This document shows, in pieces, positions 26,858-35,494 of a stretch of DNA of 35,494 bases. Source of the stretch: a virus (taxonomy: Duplodnaviria; Heunggongvirae; Uroviricota; Caudoviricetes); the IMG/VR virus record IMGVR_UViG_2724679140_000015; one strand, given 5' to 3'. The stretch's first letter is position 1. Each line of letters starts with the position of its first letter. Below the pieces are notes generated by a model that was not told where the DNA came from, made no database searches, and saw only the letters and a program-made list of their open reading frames with translations. The translations under genes and the position numbers were made by a program.

Positions 26858-27046
26858 ATGACTGCAGAACAAGTCAAAGCTCTCTTCCGCCAGCGCGGGA
26901 TCACCTTCACCCGCTGGGCAGAAGAAAACGGCTACAACCGCAATGAGGTATACCGCGTTCTCAATGGGCAGACCAAAGCCCGTTACGGTAAATCCCATGA
27001 AATCGCCGTGAAGTTGGGGCTGAAATCAACAGCTCAGGCAGCCTGA
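26858..27046 (+). CDS. ner: Ner-like DNA-binding protein
   Basis: 62-aa ORF with Ner/Nlp-like pattern; AAAGGAG RBS 5 nt upstream; first gene of the rightward early block. Confidence 0.55.
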   Translation: MTAEQVKALFRQRGITFTRWAEENGYNRNEVYRVLNGQTKARYGKSHEIAVKLGLKSTAQAA

Positions 27047-27098
27047 AGATTTTGAGTCTTTGTAAAAGGTTATCACATATCGCAAAAGAGGTATGCAG

Positions 27099-27407
27099 AT
27101 GAGTAAGACGAATGTTTCAAGCTCCGGCAGTCGCATCCTCCGGGTACTCAAAGCGCTGCGCGGTCATGCCCTGAACGGTATTTCCAACGGTGAACTGGCG
27201 GCAGCACTGCACGAGTCACCGGCAAACATCAACCGGGCACTCAACACCCTCATTGAAGAAGGGTTGGCCCTGAAACTGGAAAACGGGCGTTTCGCGCCGG
27301 GCATCCAGTTACTGCAGATCGCTATGGCCCACAGTAACGAGATGGCACGTGCACAGGATCGCATTAACGAAATCAACCAACGTGTCATTTCAGGTAGTCG
27401 TTTGTAA
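27099..27407 (+). CDS. putative winged-helix DNA-binding protein
   Basis: RILRVLKAL...ISNGELAAAL...INRALNTLIEEGL resembles a MarR/IclR-type wHTH; RBS AAAGAGG 7 nt upstream of ATG 27099. Confidence 0.4.
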   Translation: MSKTNVSSSGSRILRVLKALRGHALNGISNGELAAALHESPANINRALNTLIEEGLALKLENGRFAPGIQLLQIAMAHSNEMARAQDRINEINQRVISGSRL

Positions 27408-27417
27408 GGAGTAATAA

Positions 27418-28329
27418 ATGGGACGCACCAAATCACCGATTAACACTGAACTGAACGCCGAGGTACCGCTGTCGGATGATCTCAATGTCAGTCTGAACGC
27501 CATGACACAGCATCGCATGGAGATCATGCAGCAGTTTGGCGATGGTCAGCCCTATGAGCGTGATCGCATAGTTCATGAGGCTCGGTTTTATATGGCACAG
27601 AGCGCTGAGGCCATGCTGGAAGCAGGTAAACGACTTATTATTCTCAAAGAAAATGAACCACACGGGGACTTTGTTGGAATTGTAGAAGAACAACTTGGTC
27701 TGCATGTGCGCGCAGCACAACGAATGATGAAAGCATCTTTGAAATACCTTTCACCAAAACTAGAGCCAAAAGCGACAACGTTGTCGCTTTTAGGTAAGGC
27801 AAAATTATTTGAACTTGTTGCTGAAGATGACGACGACCTTGCTGAACTGGCCGACGGCGGCACAGTCGCAGGACTGACGCTTGACGATGTTGATCGCATG
27901 TCAGTACGTGAATTGCGTCAGGCCCTGCGCGAAGCGCGCGAAACCAACGCAGCACAACAGCGCGTACTCGCCGACAAAAATGAAAAAATAGACTCACTCT
28001 CCACCAGACTGGAGAAGAAATCCCGTATTCAGCCGCCTGAGCCTGATGAGGAGGTTAAGAAGCTGCGGGCGGAAGTAACAGCATTAGCGGTTGAGGCGGA
28101 ATCTGCTATCGCCGTTCGACTGTCCAGCGCTTTTGAGACACTGTGCGCATATTGTGCTGAAAACATGATTGATACCCCCAGAGATTTCATGGCAGGCCTG
28201 GTCTGTCAACTGGAAAGCACAGCGCGTAGCCTGCGCTCCACATTTGACCTGCCGGACGAGCCAACAGGCAATGCAGCGCCTTCATGGCTGACTGAGCCGA
28301 CGCCACAGATTAACGGGCTGGAGGCATAA
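27418..28329 (+). CDS. hypothetical early protein
   Basis: 303-aa ORF with TAAGGAG RBS; sits between ner and the transposase gene. Confidence 0.4.
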   Translation: MGRTKSPINTELNAEVPLSDDLNVSLNAMTQHRMEIMQQFGDGQPYERDRIVHEARFYMAQSAEAMLEAGKRLIILKENEPHGDFVGIVEEQLGLHVRAAQRMMKASLKYLSPKLEPKATTLSLLGKAKLFELVAEDDDDLAELADGGTVAGLTLDDVDRMSVRELRQALREARETNAAQQRVLADKNEKIDSLSTRLEKKSRIQPPEPDEEVKKLRAEVTALAVEAESAIAVRLSSAFETLCAYCAENMIDTPRDFMAGLVCQLESTARSLRSTFDLPDEPTGNAAPSWLTEPTPQINGLEA

Positions 28330-28332
28330 CCA

Positions 28333-30102
28333 ATGAATGCTGCCCTGACTGAACGACTGGTTTATGTCGCCCGCGCGGCACGTGACGCGGGGCATGGTAA
28401 ACGCGGTGCAATATACGACGCTGCCTGTGCTGAACTTGGCATGTCCCGCGCCACTCTGCTGCGCAGGCTGAAGGAGGTCTCTGTGACTGATAAACGCAAA
28501 AAACGCGCCGATGCCGGGCGCAGCGCCCTGACCCGCGACGAAGCCGCGCTGATATCTGCCACACTGCGTGAGGCCACCCGCAAGAACGGTAAGCGTCTTT
28601 ATTCCATCGCGGATGCAGTGGAAACCCTGCGGGCTAACGGCTTTATCTCCGCAGGCAGAACAGATGAAACCACCGGTGAGTTTTTCCCGTTGTCCGAAGA
28701 TGCCATCAGTCGTGCCCTGCGTAACTATGGCCTGCACCCGGAACAACTGGATGCCCCTGCACCGCATACCGAAGTGGCCAGTCTGCACCCCAATCATGTC
28801 TGGCAGATTGACGCCTCACTATGCACGCTTTACTACCTGAGCAATGGACATAAAGGGCTGCAGGTGATGGACAGCGCGAAATTCTACAAGAACAAGCCCG
28901 CTAACCTTGCCCGTATCGCCAGTGACCGCGTGTGGAGTTACGAGATTACCGACCATGCCAGCGGCTGGATTTACGTTGAGTATGTGACGGGTGCGGAATC
29001 CGGTGAGAACCTGTGTTCTGTGCTTATCAACGCCATGCAGGAGCGCGGTGGCGCAGACGTGCTGCACGGCGTGCCGAAAATACTCTATCTCGACCCCGGT
29101 TCGGCGAACACCGCGGGTATGACGAAAAACATGTGCCGCTCACTGGGCATCGACCTGATAGCGCACAGGCCGCATAACGCCCGCGCCACCGGACAGGTGG
29201 AAAAGGCGCGTGACATTATCGAACGCAAGCTGGAGCCGGGTCTGAAGTTCCGGCCGGTTCACAGTCTGGAAGAACTCAACGCGCTGGCCGCGAAATGGCG
29301 CAGCCACTTTAACGCCACGGCTGTTCACAGCCGCCACGGTAAAACCCGCACGGATATCTGGCTGAAGATTACTGCTGAGCAGCTGAAAAAAGCGCCTTCC
29401 GTTGAGGTATGTCGTGAACTGGCTGTGGCGGCACCAGAACTCCGCAAAGTCACGCCAAAACTTCGTGTCTCGTTCCGGGGCACTGAATTTGACGTATCAA
29501 CGGTACCGGGCGTACTGGTCGGTGAAAAACTGATGATTACCCGTAACCCGTGGCGCAGCGATGTGGCACAGGTGGTTCTGACCGGTGAGGACGGCCACGA
29601 GACGTTCTTCCTGGTCGAAGAGGTCAGAAAGAACGAGTTTGGCTTTGCTGAAGGCGCGGCGGTATTTGGCGAAAGTTACAAAGCCCTGCCGGAAACCCCG
29701 GCGCAGATGGCGGCAAAAGAAACCGAAGCGCTGGTCACCGGTACAGACAACGCCGCAGATGCAGCTGCCGCACGCAAGGCGAAGGCACTGCCGTTCGGCG
29801 GACGACTTGACCCGTATAAACATATTGATGACGCCACACTTCCGGCCTATATGCCGAAGCGTGGTCAGGCCTCTGACGTACGCGGGCCGCGCACTGAACA
29901 ACGTCCCATGACTCATGTGGAGGCCGCGAAAGCCCTGCGCGATAAGTTCAGCGCCAACGGCCTTACCTGGACGCCGGAACATTACCGCCAGTTAACGGCA
30001 CAGTACCCGGACGGCGTACCGGAAGCCGCACTGGATGAAGTCATGGCCACGCTGACCACGCCGGTCCGCAGCAGTGTTATCAGCATTGTTAACGGCAACT
30101 GA
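28333..30102 (+). CDS. DDE transposase A (retroviral integrase-fold)
   Basis: 589-aa ORF with N-terminal HTH-like region and catalytic-core-like WQIDAS...ITDHASG motifs; followed by the ATPase gene. Confidence 0.75.
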   Translation: MNAALTERLVYVARAARDAGHGKRGAIYDAACAELGMSRATLLRRLKEVSVTDKRKKRADAGRSALTRDEAALISATLREATRKNGKRLYSIADAVETLRANGFISAGRTDETTGEFFPLSEDAISRALRNYGLHPEQLDAPAPHTEVASLHPNHVWQIDASLCTLYYLSNGHKGLQVMDSAKFYKNKPANLARIASDRVWSYEITDHASGWIYVEYVTGAESGENLCSVLINAMQERGGADVLHGVPKILYLDPGSANTAGMTKNMCRSLGIDLIAHRPHNARATGQVEKARDIIERKLEPGLKFRPVHSLEELNALAAKWRSHFNATAVHSRHGKTRTDIWLKITAEQLKKAPSVEVCRELAVAAPELRKVTPKLRVSFRGTEFDVSTVPGVLVGEKLMITRNPWRSDVAQVVLTGEDGHETFFLVEEVRKNEFGFAEGAAVFGESYKALPETPAQMAAKETEALVTGTDNAADAAAARKAKALPFGGRLDPYKHIDDATLPAYMPKRGQASDVRGPRTEQRPMTHVEAAKALRDKFSANGLTWTPEHYRQLTAQYPDGVPEAALDEVMATLTTPVRSSVISIVNGN

Positions 30103-30112
30103 GGAGGAAAAC

Positions 30113-31279
30113 ATGCTGGTACTGAAGCAGCAACTGAAAGAGGCCCGTATCCCACAGGCGGTGGTGGCGAGAGCTGTCGATGTTTCTGAGGCCACGCTGG
30201 CCCAGATTGTGAATCATAACGCGTGGCCCCGCACCCGCCCCGGAGAAGTGCGCCGGCGTCTTGCGTCCTGGCTGGAAAGTCAGGGGATTGATACAACGAA
30301 GAGTTTTGATGCTGTACAGGGCGCGGCCACGCCCCGTACAGCGGGTACCACAGATAAAACGAGCCTCAGTGAGGAAGAGAATATGTTACTCAAAAAACAG
30401 GTGTTATTTCCAGCAACCAAAAAAGCGTTTGGTCTTTTCCGTGACCCGTTCGCCGACGAAGCCATGCAGGGTTCTGATGATGTGTTCACCACCCCGGACA
30501 TCCGCTATGTGCGTGAAGCGCTGTACCAGACAGCCCGTCATGGTGGGTTTATGGCCGTCATCGGTGAGTCCGGTGCGGGCAAATCCACGCTGCGCCGCGA
30601 CCTGACTGAACGAATCAACCGCGAGAATGCGCCGGTAATTGTTATCGAGCCATACGTCATCGCTATGGAAGACAACGATGTGAAAGGGAAAACTCTGAAG
30701 GCAGCAGCGATTGCCGAAGCCATTATCAGTACCATTGCACCACTGGAAAGCATCAGACGCAGTCAGGACGCCCGCTTTCGCCAGTTGCATCGCGTCCTGA
30801 AAGACAGCAGCCAGGCGGGGTTCAGCCACGTTCTGGTGATTGAGGAGGCCCACAGCCTGCCCATTCCGACACTGAAACACCTCAAACGCTTTTTTGAGCT
30901 GGAGTCCGGTTTCAAAAAACTGCTGTCCATCGTGCTGATTGGCCAGCCGGAACTGGCGACAAAACTGTCTGAACGCAATATGGAAGTCCGTGAAGTCGTT
31001 CAGCGCTGTGAGGTGGTCGAACTTCTGCCTCTGGACAATCACCTTGAAGAGTTTCTGACGTTCAAACTGCAACGGGCCGGTAAACAACTGACGGACATTA
31101 TGGACGCCAGCGCAGTGGATGCCATACGTGCCCGCCTGAGCAATCCGGGAAGTCATCGTAAAAACAGGGTCAGCCTGCTGTATCCGCTGGCCGTCAGTAA
31201 CCTGGTAATAGCCGCCATGAATCTGGCTGCTGAAATCGGGGTTCCACAGGTCAACGCTGACGTTGTCAAAGGGGTTTAA
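30113..31279 (+). CDS. transposition ATPase B (AAA+, MuB/TniB-like)
   Basis: Walker A GESGAGKST; N-terminal HTH-like segment; GAGGAGG RBS 5 nt upstream of ATG 30113. Confidence 0.7.
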   Translation: MLVLKQQLKEARIPQAVVARAVDVSEATLAQIVNHNAWPRTRPGEVRRRLASWLESQGIDTTKSFDAVQGAATPRTAGTTDKTSLSEEENMLLKKQVLFPATKKAFGLFRDPFADEAMQGSDDVFTTPDIRYVREALYQTARHGGFMAVIGESGAGKSTLRRDLTERINRENAPVIVIEPYVIAMEDNDVKGKTLKAAAIAEAIISTIAPLESIRRSQDARFRQLHRVLKDSSQAGFSHVLVIEEAHSLPIPTLKHLKRFFELESGFKKLLSIVLIGQPELATKLSERNMEVREVVQRCEVVELLPLDNHLEEFLTFKLQRAGKQLTDIMDASAVDAIRARLSNPGSHRKNRVSLLYPLAVSNLVIAAMNLAAEIGVPQVNADVVKGV

Positions 31280-31281
31280 TA

Positions 31282-31551
31282 ATGAAATCCACCACAGGTA
31301 TCAACCAGCAAATCAGCAAAGTGCTGTCAGCCATTATGGCGCTTAAGGCGACGAACACGGATGTACAAAGCATCACCATCAGGGGTAACAAACCTGTCAT
31401 TCGCGTTTCCAGGAGTGCGCATTGCATGCGCATGCTTGAGCAGGGGAAAGCCAGTTATCTGTATACCGGTCATGACCACAGGGGACATTTCCGTCAGGGC
31501 GTTTTCGAACTGCACGGCTGTCGCGTCGTGTGGCCGGAATCTCTGTGGTAA
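31282..31551 (+). CDS. hypothetical early protein
   Basis: 89-aa ORF starting 2 nt after the B stop. Confidence 0.35.
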   Translation: MKSTTGINQQISKVLSAIMALKATNTDVQSITIRGNKPVIRVSRSAHCMRMLEQGKASYLYTGHDHRGHFRQGVFELHGCRVVWPESLW

Positions 31552-31578
31552 TCAGCACAACAGGAGGAGTCATAAAAT

Positions 31579-32109
31579 ATGGCAAAAAGTACAAAAGGGG
31601 CAAAACGTATCAAGGCCGCAGCAGCACTCTGGGTGCCGGGGACACGTGAAGAGGTCATTGAGGGAATCAGACTGCTCGGTGACGCACAACGTGAACTGGT
31701 CAGGGCTGAAACAGAAATGAATGACGCCATTGGCGATATCACCGCTCGTTATGCCCCGCTCACCGAGAGCCTGAAAAAACGCATGGCCGAACTGCAGTCC
31801 GGTATCCAGACATGGTGTGAGGCGCACCGTGACGAACTGACCGGCAACGGGAAGGTGAAGTTCGCTAACCTCACCACTGGCGAGGTGCAGTGGCGAAACC
31901 GTCCACCGTCAGTCAGCATTCGCGGGGCGGATAATGTTATTGAACTACTGAGACGTCTGGGGCTTGAGCGCTTTATTCGTGTAAAAGAGGAAATAAATAA
32001 AGACGCTATCCTGAATGAAAAAGAGGCTGTGAAAAATATTCCCGGTATTACCATAAAAAGCGATATTGAGGATTTTTCAATAATTCCTTTTGAACAGGAT
32101 GTGCAGTAA
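31579..32109 (+). CDS. gam: host-nuclease inhibitor Gam (Ku-like DNA end-binding protein)
   Basis: Near-colinear similarity to Mu Gam as I recall it (MAK...KRIKAAAA, ETEMNDAI, RPPSVSIRG, IEDFSIIPFEQ). Confidence 0.8.
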   Translation: MAKSTKGAKRIKAAAALWVPGTREEVIEGIRLLGDAQRELVRAETEMNDAIGDITARYAPLTESLKKRMAELQSGIQTWCEAHRDELTGNGKVKFANLTTGEVQWRNRPPSVSIRGADNVIELLRRLGLERFIRVKEEINKDAILNEKEAVKNIPGITIKSDIEDFSIIPFEQDVQ

Positions 32110-32206
32110 ACACACCACGTTAATTATTTAATAAAAACATTTTCTTTTTTATTCCGGCGTCAGCGCCGTGGGCTTCTGCACGCCGGAAACAGAGGAGAAT
32201 TAAATC

Positions 32207-32401
32207 ATGATATTTAAATGTATTCAGTGCGAGAGGGATATAACAGCCCTGCGTTTTCACAGCGCCATCGCCGTGATGTCCGGTAAGTACCACGTACCTG
32301 CAGTACGTGTCACCCTGGTCTGTCCGTACTGCAGCCAGCATTTTTCGGCGGACGTGCCCGTCATGGAATTCTCCCGCCCTGACAGGGAGGACGCGCAATG
32401 A
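32207..32401 (+). CDS. small zinc-ribbon-like protein
   Basis: CxxC ... CPYC pairs in 64 aa; AGAGGAG RBS. Confidence 0.35.
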   Translation: MIFKCIQCERDITALRFHSAIAVMSGKYHVPAVRVTLVCPYCSQHFSADVPVMEFSRPDREDAQ

Positions 32402-32670
32402 TTACCCCACAGGAAGCACGACAGCGCACCCGACTCCTTGTTGAACACTATGTCAACGAGTGTGAATGCCGCGACCTCACTGATGTGAAGCACGTCCTGA
32501 CGGCGCTAATCAGCATGGCCGCTCAGGCCATTGTGGCGACCAACGGAAAGGAGGCTGCCCTGCAGGTACTGGTGAACACACTCACCCATACGGCACAGCA
32601 CGAAGTGCCGTACCGGATGGAAACCACTGCAGAAGGCAACCTGAACATCACCGTCGATCGGAAGCACTGA
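32398..32670 (+). CDS. hypothetical protein
   Basis: 90-aa ORF translationally coupled to neighbours. Confidence 0.3.
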   Translation: MITPQEARQRTRLLVEHYVNECECRDLTDVKHVLTALISMAAQAIVATNGKEAALQVLVNTLTHTAQHEVPYRMETTAEGNLNITVDRKH

Positions 32671-32679
32671 GGGCGCGGC

Positions 32680-32982
32680 ATGACACGTAACACCATACGC
32701 ACACGCACCGCCCTCTATCGTCTGGCCCTGCAGCGTTTCGGGCCGGATGCACAGTCACTGAAACTGACAGAAGAGGCCGCTGAACTGGCAGCCTGTGCTG
32801 CCCGCAACCTGAACGGACAGGGCAGCGAAAGTGACCTCGCGGCAGAACTGGCAGACGTGGAAATCATGACAGAGCAGTTGCGCCTTCAGGGGATGGACCG
32901 ACTGATTGACTTCCACAAACAGAAAAAACTGGAACGCCTTGCCGCACGGCTGGGCGTCACATACACCGGAGAAATCATATGA
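32680..32982 (+). CDS. possible MazG-like nucleotide pyrophosphohydrolase
   Basis: EEAAELA ... ELADVEIM pattern resembles the EExxE...DxxD signature of small all-alpha NTP pyrophosphatases; weak. Confidence 0.35.
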   Translation: MTRNTIRTRTALYRLALQRFGPDAQSLKLTEEAAELAACAARNLNGQGSESDLAAELADVEIMTEQLRLQGMDRLIDFHKQKKLERLAARLGVTYTGEII

Positions 32983-33362
32983 ACTGCACTGAACAGACGC
33001 CACAACTGACGCCTGAAGATGTTGCACAGCGTATTCGGGTACTGGAAGACGAAAACGAATACCTGCGCAAGAGATTTGAAGAGGTGGACCTGTACTTCGG
33101 GCGCAATCTGGTTGTCATGAAAGCTGCAGTGATTGAGTGGCGGGCCACCGGTGATGCCAGGAACGGCATGGCGTGGATTTACAACACCCTGTGTGGGCCG
33201 GGCGAACTGCCGCCGCAAGAGGAGAAAGAGGCACAGGAATACTTCAACAGGGAAACTGAAGTTATCGACAGAAAACTGGCTGCCCTGTACCACTGGTTCA
33301 GGAAATACCACAGGACACACGCCGCACCTGACCAGACCACCACAGGAGGTACCGGTGACTGA
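32979..33362 (+). CDS. hypothetical protein
   Basis: 127-aa ORF, coiled-coil-like N-terminus. Confidence 0.3.
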   Translation: MNCTEQTPQLTPEDVAQRIRVLEDENEYLRKRFEEVDLYFGRNLVVMKAAVIEWRATGDARNGMAWIYNTLCGPGELPPQEEKEAQEYFNRETEVIDRKLAALYHWFRKYHRTHAAPDQTTTGGTGD

Positions 33363-33570
33363 CACCATTATGGAAATTGTGGTATGGGCTTTCCTGCTTA
33401 CTGGTATAGCCGTGTGCATCTGCGCCGGATTCGCCCTGGTTGCCCTGCTGACCCACGTGGTGACGCAGTGGTTGTGGGTAAAGCTTAAAGCAGCATACAG
33501 CCTGAAAGAGCTGTCCGACGCTGTTCGGGCATGGGAACAGCAAAAAAATACCGGAGATACTGAACAATGA
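33355..33570 (+). CDS. small membrane protein
   Basis: Single hydrophobic helix; GTG start 5 nt after AGGAGG; ORF-track start at 33133 is probably over-extended. Confidence 0.3.
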   Translation: MTDTIMEIVVWAFLLTGIAVCICAGFALVALLTHVVTQWLWVKLKAAYSLKELSDAVRAWEQQKNTGDTEQ

Positions 33571-34250
33571 CAGACCAGGATAAGCACATTGAGAAACTGA
33601 AAAAGTTGCTGGCGCTGGCAGCATCCGGCAACCCGCATGAGGCTGCTCTGGCACTGCGCCGCGCCCGTAAACTGATGGATGTTCACGGCATCACACATTC
33701 CGACATCGCCATGAGTGATATTGATGAAACCATCAGTCACTACTGGCCGACAGGCAGCCTCCGTCCGCCGCGCTACATGCTGGGCCTGATGAACATCATC
33801 CGCGAGGCATTTGGTGTTAACTCCATCATTCACCCCGGCACATATCCGGGTGTGGGGTTCTACGGCAACCGGGAACGGGCCGCACTGGCTGCGTACACCT
33901 GGGAAGTGCTGGCCCGTCAGCTGAAAAAGGCGCGTCAGCAGTATATCAGTACACAGAACAAAAGAATAAAAACCGCCACCCGCACCAGCCGTGGAGACCA
34001 GTTTGCTGAAGGCTGGGTGCTGGCCGTTATCAGTGAAATACAGTCCTTCGCCCTGACCGATGACGAACGTGAACTGATGCAGCAGTGGCTGGAACATAAA
34101 TACCCGCAGACGCAAACCACCAGGGCGCGTAAACCGGGAAGAAGTCGCAATGGCGACACCTCGCGCTATGCGGGGTTTCGAGAAGGGCAGAACGTCAGAC
34201 TGCACCGACCGGTCAGTGGGCGGGAACAGCAGAAACTGGAGGCCAGATGA
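33567..34250 (+). CDS. DUF2786-like phage protein
   Basis: N-terminal IEKLKKLLALAASGNPHEAALALRRARKLM matches the hallmark of that family as I recall it. Confidence 0.45.
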   Translation: MTDQDKHIEKLKKLLALAASGNPHEAALALRRARKLMDVHGITHSDIAMSDIDETISHYWPTGSLRPPRYMLGLMNIIREAFGVNSIIHPGTYPGVGFYGNRERAALAAYTWEVLARQLKKARQQYISTQNKRIKTATRTSRGDQFAEGWVLAVISEIQSFALTDDERELMQQWLEHKYPQTQTTRARKPGRSRNGDTSRYAGFREGQNVRLHRPVSGREQQKLEAR

Positions 34251-34477
34251 TGACGTTATCAGGTAACAGCCGGAAATTAAAAGCCTGCCGAATATCTGCC
34301 AGATACCTTTTTGCCCGCGCCTTTTTTAAGAACGTCAGGCCGGGGATCACAATTGGTGTTATTGCCGGACGCGAACAGGTTGAAAAATATATGTCAGGTG
34401 CATGGTGGAATAACGACCCAGTCATTGCTGCCCGTAATATTCATATCAGTTGGGGGGATATTCAGAATGACGGCTGA
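34247..34477 (+). CDS. hypothetical protein
   Basis: 76-aa ORF, translationally coupled. Confidence 0.3.
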   Translation: MMTLSGNSRKLKACRISARYLFARAFFKNVRPGITIGVIAGREQVEKYMSGAWWNNDPVIAARNIHISWGDIQNDG

Positions 34478-34682
34478 ATCTGTTGTATGTGCCCTGTTCT
34501 GGTATTGTTTTGTCGGTTGGTGTACTGCTGAACTGCAGCGCCGTTCAGGGTTTTATTCACGTTACAGTGGTGCCGGCTACTGGATTAGCTGGTCGGTGAT
34601 GTTCCTGTGCTGGCCTGTGGCGCTTCCTTTATATGTCGATTATATCGGTGGCGCAGGTAAAAGGAGCAACGATGATGACTAA
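34467..34682 (+). CDS. small membrane protein
   Basis: Two hydrophobic, Trp/Cys-rich segments; start at internal ATG 34467. Confidence 0.3.
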   Translation: MTAESVVCALFWYCFVGWCTAELQRRSGFYSRYSGAGYWISWSVMFLCWPVALPLYVDYIGGAGKRSNDDD

Positions 34683-35124
34683 ACAACGTCTTATCCAGCT
34701 CATTCATATTGCCCGTAATGAACTGGGTATGGATGAAGACACCTACCGCCAGATGTTAGAGGGGCTGACCGGTAAAGCCTCAACCAAAGGAATGGATACC
34801 ACACAACTAAACTGCGTGCTGGAATCCATGAAAAGGAAAGGCTTTCGCGTTAAGCCTGCCGGAAAAGCCAGCTCCGGTTTACAGCTGGATAACCATCCGC
34901 AGTCCAGGAAAATCCGTGCGCTATGGCTTGAAATGGCTGCTGCCGGCATTGTTCGTGACCGTTCAGAAAATGCATTAGCGCGGTGGATCAAGCGGGAAAC
35001 GGGCATCAGCGCCCTGCGCTGGCTCAGTACTGAACAGGCAAGCAGTGTTATTGAGAAACTGAAGAAGTGGCAGCGCAGAGCTGCGGGAGTAAAACATGAG
35101 CGACCTGAATCAGTTTCGAAGTAA
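34672..35124 (+). CDS. GemA-like protein (Mu gp16-like)
   Basis: Located immediately upstream of the Mor-like gene as in Mu; AAGGAG RBS 5 nt upstream of ATG 34672. Confidence 0.5.
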   Translation: MMTKQRLIQLIHIARNELGMDEDTYRQMLEGLTGKASTKGMDTTQLNCVLESMKRKGFRVKPAGKASSGLQLDNHPQSRKIRALWLEMAAAGIVRDRSENALARWIKRETGISALRWLSTEQASSVIEKLKKWQRRAAGVKHERPESVSK

Positions 35125-35494
35125 AGGGCCGGAACTCCTGGTGGAACTGGCACAGCATACCTCTGAGACCGTTCGCGAGATTATTGATATTGAGCCCGCA
35201 ATTGCCGACCAGATTGGTCAGGCCGTCGCGAACCGAATGATGCAGGTCTGGGGCGGGCAAAACGTTTATTTCCCGATGGGCATGGTATGGAAGGTCAGTC
35301 AGCGCGACCGGGAAATCTTCAGGGAGTTTAACGGACGCAACCACCACGAACTGGCCCGCAAGTTTGGTGTTTCGCTTCAGTGGGTCTACAGCGTGGTTAA
35401 GCGGGTCAGAAAAGAAGAACTGGATCGGATGCAGGGCAGGTTGTTTGATGAAGATCTGCCAGAGGAGACGAAAGACGTTAACAAATCCAGATAA
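35096..35494 (+). CDS. mor: Mor-like middle-operon transcription activator (Mor/C family)
   Basis: 132-aa ORF with C-terminal HTH-like region (GRNHHELARKFGVSLQWVYSVVKRVR); position after gemA-like gene. Confidence 0.55.
   Translation: MSDLNQFRSKGPELLVELAQHTSETVREIIDIEPAIADQIGQAVANRMMQVWGGQNVYFPMGMVWKVSQRDREIFREFNGRNHHELARKFGVSLQWVYSVVKRVRKEELDRMQGRLFDEDLPEETKDVNKSR

Larger units (their letters stand above)
271..35494. mobile_element. Mu-like transposable prophage (one terminus in window, other end beyond 35494)
   Basis: Contiguous Mu-type head/tail/lysis genes plus Ner-like, DDE transposase, AAA+ B ATPase, Gam, GemA-like and Mor-like genes; terminus begins TGATGCGGCGC, resembling the Mu right end as I recall it. 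Confidence 0.7.

Noticed and set aside
26758-26910. Long form of the repressor starting at GTG 26910
   Set aside because: Would overlap the ner-like gene by 50 bp and the promoter region; the internal ATG at 26757 gives a standard-size HTH repressor.
32886-34205. 439-aa minus-strand ORF
   Set aside because: Antisense to a tightly packed, translationally coupled run of early genes with good RBSs; Cys/His-rich low-complexity translation.
1-35494. CRISPR arrays, tRNA or rRNA genes
   Set aside because: No regularly spaced short repeats with unique spacers and no tRNA-like or rRNA-like segments were seen by eye; this was not a computational scan.
271-35494. Tyrosine or serine integrase with att sites
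   Set aside because: No integrase-like ORF; mobility genes are the DDE transposase and B ATPase, consistent with transposition.

Overview
The window is almost entirely one Mu-like transposable prophage, with the first ~270 bp being the 3' end of a host permease gene that the phage insertion appears to have cut. The phage terminus lies at ~271 (TGATGCGGCGC..., with two 11-bp GCGAGATAAAT direct repeats). A late block on the minus strand (522-23276) runs from lysis genes through terminase, portal, head, sheath, tube, tape measure and baseplate to tail fibre genes. A rightward early block (26858-35494) carries ner-like, DDE transposase A, AAA+ ATPase B, Gam, GemA-like and Mor-like genes, with a leftward repressor at 26419-26757. 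Early and late blocks are divergently transcribed from a central region, which is either a BcepMu-like layout or a junction of two elements; the window alone cannot decide. The most interesting part is the ~3 kb central accessory island (23374-26302): a small P-loop protein, two paralogous ~130-aa proteins of unknown function, a 71-aa ORF, and an orphan Dam-like methyltransferase whose 5' region is duplicated as a truncated remnant with a conserved 12-bp palindrome. I propose this as a candidate undescribed phage-borne epigenetic or (counter-)defence module, but its function is inference only. No CRISPR, tRNA, rRNA, integrase or invertible tail-fibre segment was seen. All family assignments are from motifs and synteny read by eye, not from database searches.
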